DNA of 64,000 nucleotides from assembly GCA_010909165.1 (NCBI GenBank), contig VJWM01000003.1:62001-126000 (forward strand). The letters run 5' to 3'. Under the pieces are notes generated by a model. The model did not search any database. It saw only the letters and a program-made list of their open reading frames with translations, and was not told where the DNA came from. How positions within the stretch are numbered: the stretch's first letter is position 1; each line of letters starts with the position of its first letter. Shown one piece after another: positions 43,400-54,988 of the stretch. The position numbers were made by a program, and so were the translations under genes. This DNA is from Anthoceros angustus (Eukaryota > Plantae > Anthocerotophyta).

Positions 43400-46300
43400 G
43401 ATTCCTGTGTTGTAGGAGGTTTCAGGGGAGATCTGAAGCTTCCGGTGTTTTGGTAGGGAAGGAAGAACCTGATCTGAGTGGCACGTCTTTGTTGTGGTTG
43501 GGAGCTCGAGGACGGGTGGCTGCTTTCCTACAGTCTCAGTATATGTTACTTTCGAATTCCTTCGGCTGTCCCCATGTTGTTGATGCGGGCTTGTGATGCT
43601 CCGGCTGTATCGGGAGCTGGCAAGCTTCCTTCGGTGTAGGTTTTTTTTTGTTTGGCAGGGTGGGAAACGTAGGGGAAGGTGAAGCTTTATCTTGGTTTGA
43701 AAACTTCTTGTCTGTGAGGAGTAGGTACGGAGCTGGAGGCGAGTTGAGGATCACCATGGTTTGTGGCGGTCTTACGGCTTCCTTGGGGGCAAGAAGAGTT
43801 AGTGGCAACTCTGGAGAGAAGGGGGTCAGGGGTGACCTGGCTTCGTCTTGAAGCGGCCCTGGGACGAGGGGGATGAAGGAGCGAGTGAGGTGGTAAGGAT
43901 GTGGCGATAGCAGCAGCTGCTGCTGCCGCTTCCTTCCGTACTGCTGGCACGCGGCCTTTGCTGTGGATTTTTCCTTAGGTTTCTTTCTTTGTGTCTGTGG
44001 AGGGTTTGTTCCCCCTTGTCTAAAGACCTCCAAAGTCTCTATGGTTGTGACTCGTCTTAGAGAAGCTTCTCCCGCGTCTTGGATGTTTTCACTTGAGCCG
44101 GGGGGATTGGATCTTTGCAGAGATGGCTAATGTGCAGTCTATGCGGGTCTAGCAGGCACACATTCCTTCCGGAGAGACCATAACGCTGTGAGTCTGTCTG
44201 TGTCGAGATTGTGTGCTGCTCACCCGCCTTGTGTACTTGATGCCCTCTTCCAAGGAGTGGCACCGGGAGACTTGCGTTTTTGGCTGAGTTCCTAGGACTT
44301 TAGGCTTTATTCCATATTTTTGTTCCCGTGTAGTCTGTGACATTCTGGGCTCTGCTTGCCCTGTAAATTGTCATCAATTCAATCTTTGTAGGACCTATTC
44401 TTTTCCACGCAAACTACTTTAACATCATCCTTTTCTTCTCAAGCGTCCCCTTTTGGCCGTCGATTGTTACTGTCTTCCTATCTCTGTCCTGAAGTATCTC
44501 CGTTTCTTGCTGTCCCGGTTCTGCGTACCTTGTGAACTGCATGTGAGGCCGGCACATGCTGGCCCCTTTCCTCAACGTATGAACAGCATACACCAAGGCG
44601 GTACCCATATCGTGCATGGATTGTTCTCTACCGTTTGACCCTTTGTGGTGTCGTGGTGACGTATTCTGGATATGATGTGTAAGGCCTTAGAGACCCTTAT
44701 CTTCGAACCTACTCATAAGGGGTCTGTGGTGTGCCTCTGCCTCTGCCTCTGCCCCTTCCTCCTCGGAGGATTAGATCGCAGAGCCAAGGCAAAGTTATGT
44801 CCACAAACGGCGGTGTCGGGCATCCTCCCATTCTCCCTATGCATGCTCGCCATCGCATCACTCTCTCTGTATGCTGCTGCCCATCTTGGCTTGCTAGGTA
44901 TCAAAGCGACATATCCCCGCCTAATTCCTCAAGGATTAGGTGTGCCTTGAGATGTGGAATGAGGTGTAACTTGATGGACGGACAGACCTAGAAGTATGTG
45001 GTAATGCACATGATGTGAATGTCGTTGTGTTGGGCGGGCCCCCGAATGGTAGGACCGGCCTTGTTGTGTGACCCATTTACCGTGATCAGCGTAGCCCGGC
45101 CAGCTGCAGCGCCTCCGGGAATATATGTGGTGCAAATGGGCTGCTGGGAGAGCCTTGATTCAGGTGGATGCTACGCTCATGGCATGATGTAGCACTCGGG
45201 ACTCGGAGCGGAAAGATTCTCTCCCTTGGCCACGAATCCGGAGACACGACAAAACCGGGCTCTCATACCATTTGCAGCTCGGCCGGCTGCCTCTTCTGCT
45301 GAAACCCTTCGCATACAGGGCTTCAGTAATACATATAAATGTCGAGTTATATCCGTGCCGAGCGTCACCTGTCAGCACACCGTCCAAACCTGGTTCAAGG
45401 AAACTGTGACAGAGCTTCACAAGTACATATGTATGTAGAAAGCATATGGTAGATGTGCATGTATGTACATATGTACACGGCAGGAGCTTGTAAAGTGTCT
45501 GAACAGTCACGGCGGCCACCAAGTCTGACATGCACAGGCTCCAGCAGCTCCCACAGCATGGAAGGGTCTTAATGACAGGACCAGCTGGGCCGCCGCGCAT
45601 CAATTTCTCCCTCAAGAGAAAACAATAGACTCCCTGAAATAGGATGGATACGTGGAGAACAGGGATACCAGAACCGAGGTTGTGTCCTGCACCTCGGTTT
45701 CCGCATAGCTTGAGGCAGTCAGACATCCAAGGAGACTGAAGACCGATGAAGCAGCATTGGCTATTGATCTCAGATATCCTGTAACCTGCCAGAAAATGAT
45801 CAGTGAGCACCAATGTTGATCATCATCGCTGTAAGTAAAACTACAGCAGTGTGTAAACATCTGGACACTGGAGCGACCACGCATCTATTCCGGCTACATA
45901 AAAAAAGAGGTGGACGCTTCTGTCGTGCTGCGAGTCCCAAGGATTACGTTCCTTCATCGGGATCCTGGAACATCCTCACCAGCAGGACACCTACGAGGTC
46001 CAAAAGCCACATCCAGGATTGCATAACCGTCAACCGTCATGATTGCCACAAAGGAGGCCGCGCCATCTGAATGTGACGGCCTGCTACCTGTGAAGGACAT
46101 ACATCATACACAGAAGAGTGCTCCAGCCTCTGAAACTGAATTCTCGGCCACCGCAACCCGGTGTCACCAGCAAACCATGGGATAATCGAACAATAAAGGA
46201 AACCAAGCGTACGAGAACGCGCATCACGCAAATCTCCAAGTGCAGGCAAGCATTCCTAAAGCGAGAACCGATCCGAACGAGGGAAACCAGGCAAGAGATC

Positions 46301-47602
46301 CGGCGATAATCGCTCCGGCAACGCGGAATAGCCACATATCTCATCAGGCCTCGGAGAGCGGAGGAGGCGGTGAGACGTCCCACTGGCAACAATTCGCGTC
46401 TCAATCTCCCAGTTTCCCCGCGCTGAGACTCCGATTGAGAGTGACAGCAGCCGTATTTAAGAGCCTGAATGTGGCCAAGGACAAGGCGTGAAACGCACAA
46501 CCGCAAAATAACATCACTGCAACGGGCGGGAAGGTCGGCACCCTGGCTTAGGCTTCCGTGAAAACAGGTGCGATAGCATTCGGCCTGGGTGCACGGCTAA
46601 GCCTGCCGCTTGCCTCCGCTTAACGAGATGTCCTCGCATGCGGAGGGCCTGGCGGGAGGAGTTTTTCAGTTGTCCGCGTCATGTCTTGAGCTCGAGCGGC
46701 GCCATGGCCGGTGCCGCTTCCACGATCGGCAATTGCCCAGCGGTTTCCGTTGCTGTTGTTGCTGCGGTCCGGTGTCTTTGTTCACCATTGCTGGAGGTAG
46801 GCGGGGAGGCAGGGGATGCGCGTGGGGAGCTTGGCAAATTGGATCGCTGCCGTTGAAGTTTTCCTTCGTACAGCTCAAATTCCTTCTCAATTGCCCCTGG
46901 AGTCCGAGAAGCGGGGAATTGGGCCTTCTGGGTTGTGGTAGATTGATCTTTTGAGCGGTGTTTCTCTTTTTCCTTCAGGAATGTGCCGAGGGAGGATGAC
47001 GGTGAGACATCAACCTGACTCCCTGTAGCGGCTTCGGGCTTGCTTGCCCTCCACCCGGCGTCTTCTGCAGCGGTAGCTCAGCTGCGGGCCCCTCGAGGCG
47101 GGAGGTAAGCCTGTGCAATTAGGTGGGTTCTAGCGACGCGTTTGCTTTTCTTTGCTTCTGGCAGTAAAGGTCGTGCGGTGGGATTGGAGGTTAAGATGAC
47201 TGGAAATGGAAGTTCATTAAGAAGCGTGGCGAGGGACAGGTTCTGTGCACACTGGGATGTACCATGGAGGACGTGAGGTTGCCATGTTTCCTATGGTTTG
47301 AGGACCCCCACTAGCAGAGCCGGACTGCATGGAGGATGGAGTCGGCTCTGCGTTTCAGAGCGGTGGTATCTGCATCTACCATAGCGGTTGCAAATGCTTG
47401 CAACCGTGGGTAGTCGAACTGCTCCTCGGATTTAGCCACGCTGGATGAGATTTTACAGAGCCCTCAATACGTGCAAGGGTTTTGGGTTGTTCGCTAATGT
47501 CTTCGCAGCAAGGAACACTTCAATTCTGTTCTTGACTGCAAAGCCATGGCATGCTGGGGAGCGCTGATGCTTAGATAAATTTATCTGCAGCAGGTGTGAC
47601 GA

Positions 47603-47725
47603 ATGAGGCAGACGGTGTGACACTGGCTTGCAATGTATTTATCTCGGGCTTCATGGACTTTCTGATTCCAGCGTTCCTGGAATTCCGCAGCTGCTTCAGC
47701 TGGTGATATAATGCTGGGTCGCTGA
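47603..47725 (+). promoter_or_regulatory. Cluster of four short ATG-initiated uORFs just upstream of RDR6
   Basis: 47603-47620, 47633-47665, 47653-47706 and 47711-47725, all after a putative acceptor CTGCAGCAG at ~47593. Confidence 0.5.
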
Positions 47726-47736
47726 GCACCCCCATC

Positions 47737-50700
47737 ATGGCTGGAAGCCAGGTTACCTTTGCCAATTTTCCTGAGGATGTGTCTGCGTGGGAGCTGGCAG
47801 AGTTCCTGCAGGACAGAGTTGGGGTAGTGTGGAGGTGCAAAGTGAAAAGGACAAGCGTCCCAGCCCATGCTTTCATGCAGTTTGTTTCCAATGAGATCGC
47901 AAAGGAAGCTAACAGGGAGCGGTTGACCAGGTGCTGTCCCCATGCCTTTGTCCATTTTGCGTGCTCGGAGGTGGCCAAGGAGGCCTGTCATCTTGCAAAG
48001 AACAAGTACTTGGTGCTTCGAGAGAGGGCTCTCATTGCAAGGCCGTGGGGGTCGAACATTTGGTCAAAACCAAGGGTGAGAGCTCAAGCAGAGCGGGTTT
48101 TGCAAGTCCAAGGTGCCGTGGTGGAGCTTGGATTTTTGCAAAACAGCGCTCAAGTTTTCTCTGTAGCGTGGAGACTGCCCACAGACCAAGTCATTTTTGA
48201 GGTGGATCCGTTTGACAGGCATCTCAGGTTCTTCTGGACCCAGCTAGTTTCTGTTAACAATGGAACGAGATCCGTGAAGTGCAACTACAAGATGGAGTTT
48301 CGTTTGAAGGATGTGAAGGGGGCTAAGCACGTTGAATGCGGTCAGGAAGGAAGCTATTCAGGAGTAGCATTATCGTTGATGTTGCAGTTTTGTGTGCCCC
48401 CTTACATTTTCTATCGTACAGCGGATGATGACATTATCCAGAGGACGTCCTTTGAGCTAGGAGATGATGAAGATCCCTGGATCCGCATCCTCGACTGCAG
48501 TCCAAACAACAGCGTTGGGCGTTGTCTGGTCTACAGGGTTGGTGTCAATGCCAGACAGATCTCTGCCTTTTGGAGCATCTTCAATTACTTGAAAGTGCAT
48601 GACACCGTCACAAAGGGATCACCACTCCAGCTGACGGTATCTGTATGCTCTGAGTACATGCCACCGTCGAAGAGCTTCTTCTACAGTGTGAGTCCACGGC
48701 CTGGTATCTCTTTTGACCACTTGTTTCTGGTGAATGCCCTCGTGCACCGAGGAGTTCTGCAGCCATTCAGTTTAGATCATTATTTCTTCTCCCTGTTAAA
48801 TCCCAAGGTTACATCCGCGAATGTGGCTTCTCTGGCCCTGCGCCACATGCTGGCCTACAGGAAGCCTGTCCTTGATGCCTCCAACCAGCTTAAGCGGGTA
48901 ATTAGCCGCATGTCCATTCATCAACGCCAGGGGAAGGCAGATAAGTTGCCACAGGGCAGCATGGTGGTAAGGCGTGTGGTGATCACCCCAACCAGAGCTT
49001 ATTGTTTGGCACCAGAAATTGAGCTGTCAAACCGTGTTGTGAGGCATTACAGCCACTTGGCTGATCGGTTTCTGAGAGTGGCATTCCATGATGACAACAT
49101 GCACCCGATGCTTGGAGCCCCAATGACAGCAACAGTTGCTCCAATTGTGAGGGATGTCATCAAAACGGTGACCATGAGGAGTCCTTTGTATTGGAGGATA
49201 AGGGATATCCTCCATTCCGGATTCGAGCTCTGTGGTCGGAAATATGGGTTCCTGGCATTTTCAGCAAGCCAGCTGAGGGACAGCTGTGCTTGGTTCTTTG
49301 CCTCAGACAAACAGATAAACCAGAAGACAATCCGTGAGTGGATGGGCAACTTTCCTTCCCAAAATGTTGCAAAAGTGGCAGCAAGGATGGGACAATGCTT
49401 TTCATCCACCTATCCTACTTTAGAGGTGATGGCCCAGGAAGTTGAAGAACTAGAGGATGTAGTTCGTAATGGATACACCTTCTCTGACGGTGTTGGTAAG
49501 ATAAGCCCTTCTTTCGCGAAGGATATCTCAGAAATCATGCTCCTGCAAGGGAAGCCACCCTCTGCCTTCCAGATTCGGTATGCCGGCTACAAAGGTGTTG
49601 TAGTGCAGTGGCCCGGGGCAGGCCACAAATTGTCTTTGCGGCCCAGCATGAAGAAATTCAGCTCAGACCACAGAATCTTGGAGGTTGTGGGGTGGACTAG
49701 ATTTCTGCCCTCCCATCTGAACCGGCAAATAATAACACTGTTATCAACTCTTCAAGTGAAGAACCAGATATTTATTGATCTGCAGGATATGATGGTGAAC
49801 AGGCTTTGCAAGCTGTTGGATGATTCTGACCTGGCTCTCCAAGTCCTGCTCACAACATGTTCCGGCAATTCGCACAACACGGCTGTCACAATGTTGAGTG
49901 GAGGCTTTCATCCGAATTCAGAGCCGCATTTGAAGGAGATGCTGCTCTCTATTCGCTGCATGCAACTATCAGAGCTTCTAGGGAAGGCAAAGATCTTTGT
50001 GCCCCAGGGCAGGTGGCTTATGGGCTGCCTGGATGAAACCGGACTCCTACAATATGGCCAATGCTTCCTACAGGTGTCAGGCCCCAGCACTGGTGAGACT
50101 GTTGACGGCAATATGACCGAGGGGAGCCCTCGTGTCATAACAGGTAAGGTGATTATGACGAAGAATCCTTGTCTCCATCCCGGGGACATTAGGGTTTTAC
50201 AGGCTGTGGATATGCCAGAACTGCGTCATCTTGTAGACTGCTTAGTGGTGCCACAAACAGGGCACCGGCCTCATCCGAACGAGGCATCTGGTTCAGACCT
50301 GGATGGAGACGTGTACTTCGTCGCTTGGGACCAAAATCTTGTACCCTCATCTGGAATGAGCTCAGAACCCATGGATTATGATGGGCAGGAGGCAGTGGAT
50401 ATAGGCAGGCAGGTGACACTGATAGATATTCAGGAGTTTTTCGCTAAACATGTGGTGAATGATCACCTTGGTGTCATCTGTAATGCTCATGTGGTGCACT
50501 CTGATCGTAATGAGAAGGGAGCCATGCATGAAAATGCCATTAAGCTGGCGAAGCTTGCTGCCACCGCCGTTGATTACCCAAAAACAGGGAAAGCAGCTAT
50601 TATGCCTCAAGAATTGCGTCCACTGGAGTACCCTGACTTCATGGACAAGGAAGGAGAGAAATCCTACCAGTCGAATAAGATTCTTGGGATTCTTTACAGG

Positions 50701-51648
50701 CGGGTCAAGGGCTTTGTAGCCCAGGAACTCTCTAACCAGCAGAGATGGTGCACGGAAGCACGTGAGGACCACATTGCTACAACTACAATTTATGATCCCG
50801 ATTTGGAGGTGCCTGGGTATGAGACGTATTTGGAAGATGCCTGGGCGCACAAGTGTGCTTATGAACAGCAGCTCCGGGCGTTGATGACCCGGTATGACGT
50901 GAAAGCGGAGGCGGAAGCTGTTACGGGGCACTTGGTATCCGCATCAAACATGAACAGTCGTCGTTTAGGCGATCTGAATGATCGTATGAGATATGCCTAT
51001 GGAGGGCTCAGGAAAGAGTTTAGGAGCATCTTCGAGGGTACCTCAACTACTGATGTGCCTACGCATGACGAGGAGACCCTGAAGAACGAAGAGCCCTTGG
51101 AACAGGAGGAGCCTGTGAGGAAGGAAAGAGGCCCCGTAAGAGGGAGAGGGAGACGGTCCCGGTCAGGGCGGAGTAATCCCTTTCTGTCCCGGAAGGATGC
51201 ATGGATTGTAAAGCTTCAAGAATACAGGAAAGAGAGTCTGTCGTTCTACGTACGACAACAACAAGTACTTCCATCGAGTGACACGATGGAGCAAAGTCCT
51301 GACCCCGTAAAGCTAAGTTACCAGACTATGGTGGATGTTTCACAAGCCAAAGGGGTAGACGGGAGTGTTGTGCCGGAGGACACAAGTATGTTGGAAGCCC
51401 GAGCTTCCGCGTGGTACCATGTGACGTATCACCAGGAATGGATTAAGAAGACAAAGGAGTCCGATGACTATGCTTTAACTGGACATTGCTATTTGCTGAG
51501 CTTTCCATGGATAGCTGCAGATGTCCTTGCTCAAGTGAAAGCTCGCAAAGTAAAGCCCAAGACCAAAGTCATCACAAAACCAGTCCTCATCGGGAAACGG
51601 GCAGCTGCATTCAGTGGTGCAAGCTTCCTTGACAACATCTGTGCGTAA
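47737..51648 (+). CDS. RDR6: RNA-dependent RNA polymerase, RDR6/SDE1/SGS2 clade, single 1303-aa ORF
   Basis: Catalytic HPNEASGSDLDGD; RDR6-type VWRC, PHAFVHFA, VDPFD, YRTADDDI..DDEDPWIR and ASAWYHVTYH motifs. Confidence 0.93.
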   Translation: MAGSQVTFANFPEDVSAWELAEFLQDRVGVVWRCKVKRTSVPAHAFMQFVSNEIAKEANRERLTRCCPHAFVHFACSEVAKEACHLAKNKYLVLRERALIARPWGSNIWSKPRVRAQAERVLQVQGAVVELGFLQNSAQVFSVAWRLPTDQVIFEVDPFDRHLRFFWTQLVSVNNGTRSVKCNYKMEFRLKDVKGAKHVECGQEGSYSGVALSLMLQFCVPPYIFYRTADDDIIQRTSFELGDDEDPWIRILDCSPNNSVGRCLVYRVGVNARQISAFWSIFNYLKVHDTVTKGSPLQLTVSVCSEYMPPSKSFFYSVSPRPGISFDHLFLVNALVHRGVLQPFSLDHYFFSLLNPKVTSANVASLALRHMLAYRKPVLDASNQLKRVISRMSIHQRQGKADKLPQGSMVVRRVVITPTRAYCLAPEIELSNRVVRHYSHLADRFLRVAFHDDNMHPMLGAPMTATVAPIVRDVIKTVTMRSPLYWRIRDILHSGFELCGRKYGFLAFSASQLRDSCAWFFASDKQINQKTIREWMGNFPSQNVAKVAARMGQCFSSTYPTLEVMAQEVEELEDVVRNGYTFSDGVGKISPSFAKDISEIMLLQGKPPSAFQIRYAGYKGVVVQWPGAGHKLSLRPSMKKFSSDHRILEVVGWTRFLPSHLNRQIITLLSTLQVKNQIFIDLQDMMVNRLCKLLDDSDLALQVLLTTCSGNSHNTAVTMLSGGFHPNSEPHLKEMLLSIRCMQLSELLGKAKIFVPQGRWLMGCLDETGLLQYGQCFLQVSGPSTGETVDGNMTEGSPRVITGKVIMTKNPCLHPGDIRVLQAVDMPELRHLVDCLVVPQTGHRPHPNEASGSDLDGDVYFVAWDQNLVPSSGMSSEPMDYDGQEAVDIGRQVTLIDIQEFFAKHVVNDHLGVICNAHVVHSDRNEKGAMHENAIKLAKLAATAVDYPKTGKAAIMPQELRPLEYPDFMDKEGEKSYQSNKILGILYRRVKGFVAQELSNQQRWCTEAREDHIATTTIYDPDLEVPGYETYLEDAWAHKCAYEQQLRALMTRYDVKAEAEAVTGHLVSASNMNSRRLGDLNDRMRYAYGGLRKEFRSIFEGTSTTDVPTHDEETLKNEEPLEQEEPVRKERGPVRGRGRRSRSGRSNPFLSRKDAWIVKLQEYRKESLSFYVRQQQVLPSSDTMEQSPDPVKLSYQTMVDVSQAKGVDGSVVPEDTSMLEARASAWYHVTYHQEWIKKTKESDDYALTGHCYLLSFPWIAADVLAQVKARKVKPKTKVITKPVLIGKRAAAFSGASFLDNICA

Positions 51649-51719
51649 CGTAACATGGTCTTTTGCAGCCATCTACTAAGTTGGAATTTCAAATGGTGCT
51701 GGCGATCAACAGGTACTAC

Positions 51720-52543
51720 TAACATCTAACAGGAGTAACAAGCGATGGGGACCACGTTCCTAGTGTAAGGACTTACCTCGACTGGCAAGTTGACATCATG
51801 TTGGGAGAGCGGGACTTACTCTGGTTTGAATGTGGCCATCTAAGTGTCTTATGTCGTTTCACATCGTGACCTGGGGACCCCTTCAAAGCGCCCTTTTTCA
51901 AGGGCAGAGGAGGTTCAGTTATCCAGCAGTCCTCTGTGAGTGTAGGTGTCTGCCCTTTGTGTCAGGCACCAGTGCTTGCACAGGCCTTCAGAAGGCAAGA
52001 GTAACATGGTTAGCCAAAATGAGGCTCTCTTTCTCCATTTGTCCATACAGAACAAGCGGCTCTTGGCCGAGCACTTGCTCCAAGCATGTGCCGCATCGCA
52101 GACAATGGTGCATAATGGGAAAGCAGCTTCATGTACAAATGTATGCACGATTGTTTGGTGAACCATGCAGGCTACATACTGAAGCATGGGGAGCATCAAA
52201 CAGGAGTGCAAGTGACCCGCATTCCTAGTCTAGAGACTTTCCTCGACTGGCGAGTTGACATGAGGCCAATTGGGGAAGGGACTCAGTCTGGTTCGAAAGC
52301 TGCAGTGGTTGATCTGGCAGCAAAGCGTGTCATGTTGGGTGACACCTTTTTGGCCTTTTCTGACTAAGAAGGTGTTGCTTACGGAGAATTTATCGGCATC
52401 TGTCTGCTGTTGGGAATGAAGCAGTGAGCATCATCTGTTTGGTGCAAGAGGTGGGCAGTGACCTCATTCCTATCCAAGGACTTACCTCGACTGCCAGTTA
52501 ACAAGCCATAAGTCGACGGGCAGGACTTTGTCTGGTTTGAAAG
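51720..52543. repeat. Three diverged ~110-bp direct repeats between RDR6 and PDH copy 2
   Basis: Core TTCCTA..GACTTACCTCGACTG..GTT(G/A)ACA..GGACT..CTGGTT(T/C)GAA at ~51720-51830, 52192-52300 and 52427-52543. Confidence 0.8.
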
Positions 52544-53067
52544 TTGTCGTAGTTATCTAGCAGCAAAGTCTGCTGCACTGCCCATGTAGTTAGAACCTTT
52601 TTGCCCTTGGAGTATGGAGGTTGGAGGAGGGAAAAAAGGCGCCACTGCTGGAGATGAACTTGGACTGCGCATGCACCTGGTTGAAGTTACATTAGGAGAC
52701 GTAGAAGTGAGGAACAGGAACGGATGAACAGGAATGGTCTGGGTATGTTTCTGATTGCTCAAGAACAAGAACATTGTGGCCCCTACTCCGCATGAATAAG
52801 ATTTGCACCTGTGAAGTTGTGATATTCTATACCGAGAACCATGCTAACTCGAAGACGTTGCTGAAGTAGCAATTATCTACAGATCAACTACTGGGGAACG
52901 TCGGGATAAACACAAATCTCCCATGCTGTGGAGCAGCCAAAACAACTAATCTGGTCTCTCAATGTGAGATGCCTAACCCAAGCCCGTTGCACAAAGTCTC
53001 CGGTACGGGCTCCTGGCTGCAAGAAGGCTTCCATTCCTATATCAAAACACACATACCTCGGCGGTTC

Positions 53068-54588
53068 TCATACCTGGGCGGTGCCTGCAGTGAAGCCAGG
53101 CTCCTCACACCTATATTTACCATCGGGACCAATGCCGAACCCCTTAGGATCGGCAAACACGTTCTCTAGCAGCTGGCTTCGCACTGGAAGAGGACTAGCA
53201 TCAGCAAACTCTACCGCATCTTCCACGATTTCATCAATCTTCTTGTCGATGGCCTTGAGCTCCTGCTCAGAGGCTAGGCTATTGCTGAGAAGGTACTTCT
53301 TCAGCGCAACGATAGGATCCCGTGCAGAGTAATGTGCTTTCTCCGCTGCATGGACCACCACGACTCATGGTCAGGGACATGACAAACTGACAGGCAATGA
53401 CAGGAACCAAAGTTGTTAGCACCAAAGAAATGGCAAGTGTGAGCAGGGACATGTACCAGGGGCACGAAGTTCATCAGGATCAGCCAGAGAGTGTCCTCTA
53501 AACCTATACGTCTCGCACTCGATGAGAGTAGGCCCGTCGCCTCGGCGAGCTCGGGCAACAGCCTCCTTCGCAACCTCCCGCACTTTCAACACGTCCATCC
53601 CATCCACATGATACCCAGGCATCCCAAAAGCAGGCCCCTTTTTCCATATCTCAGGATCAGACGTAGCCCGAACATGAGACATACCAATAGCCCACAGATT
53701 GTTCTCCACAACGAAGACGATGGGCAACTTCCAGAGCGCAGCCATATTCAGGCACTCAAAAAATTGCCCGTTGTTGCATGTCCCGTCTCCAAAAAACGCC
53801 ATGGTCACGGCGTCCGCTTTATCATCCTTGAGCACCTCCCGCTTGTACACAGTGGTGAAGGCAGCACCGGTGGCCACTGGAATGCCCTCTCCGATAAAAG
53901 CAAACCCCCCCAGCAACCCGTGCTCCGCAGAAAACATATGCATGGACCCTCCCTGCCCCCGGCAGCAGCCCGTACTCTTCCCAAAAAGCTCCGCCATCAC
54001 CAACCGGGACGGAACCCCCTTGCTCAGTGCATGCACGTGATCCCTATACGTGCTGCAAACAAAATCCGTCTTCTTCAGCAGCTTGATGCACCCGGTGGAG
54101 ACCGCCTCCTGCCCGTTGTACAGATGCACGAAGCCAAACATTTTCCCTCGATAGTACATCTGAGCACACATATCCTCAAACGTCCTCCCCAGCACCATAT
54201 CCTCGTACAGAACCAGCCCCTCCTCCTTGGTCACCAGCTACAAAACCACACCACACAGTCAGCCATCCATCGTCCCATCCTCACATCATCACAACACACC
54301 AATTCCAGTCCAGAAAACCTAAAGGAAACGCACAAGATCAGCCTCAGCAGCGGGCTTCTCCAGCACAAGCTCGGACGCCGTGGCCACAGCCTTCCCCGAC
54401 ACGCTCTTCTGCATGGCCACTACGCCGGCCACACGCGCCTCCGGGACTCTCAATTTGCAGCCGGCGAAGGCCGATTTCAGGCGCAGCGCATGCTTGGCAG
54501 GAGCCCGCTCCCCGGCCTGGGAGGCTCCCGAGCCGGAGCTCAGGAAGGAGGCCGCCAGACCAGCTCGGCACGCCATGGACGCGGCCAT
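53068..54588 (-). CDS. PDH-E1A: Plastid pyruvate dehydrogenase E1 alpha, copy 2 (3 exons)
   Basis: Same motifs and intron positions as copy 1; ATG 54588 [10 protein letters not shown]; intron 1 = 54238-54333. Confidence 0.95.
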
Positions 54589-54988
54589 GGAAAATGAGAC
54601 CCTTCTGCGGTGAGCAGGAGCAAGAGCGAGGGCAAGCGAGCGACTTCTCTGCCGGCAGCAGTGCGAAGATGGATCTCGCACCGGGCAGCTATCTCCCGCA
54701 GGCAGAGGAAGACAGGCGGGGGAAGCCAAGCCCAGCGAAGGCAAATCCGTCCCGGGCGGACCAGCCAACCCTACGGTCCTGCCACTCTGACATTCGTTAG
54801 TAGTTACCCGACCACCTCATTTTCATGCGTGGCAGATTCATTTCAGCCGCGAAAATTGATCGTGTCCGATCTTGGTTATTTTAGGAGCTGCAGCTCGTTG
54901 CTCGACCCTCCAGACGCTGAAGGCCTGCTCATCTTTGTGACCACGATGCACGTTGTTGGAAGCGCTTGATACAAGTATCTCATATGAA

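Noticed and set aside
43400-52900. TAS3-like locus near RDR6
   Set aside because: No miR390 sites or tasiR-ARF sequence seen.
53491-54597. Long antisense ORFs over PDH copy 2 (and similar ones over the At3g49140-like gene and CSP)
   Set aside because: Shadow ORFs caused by GC-rich codon usage on the coding strand.
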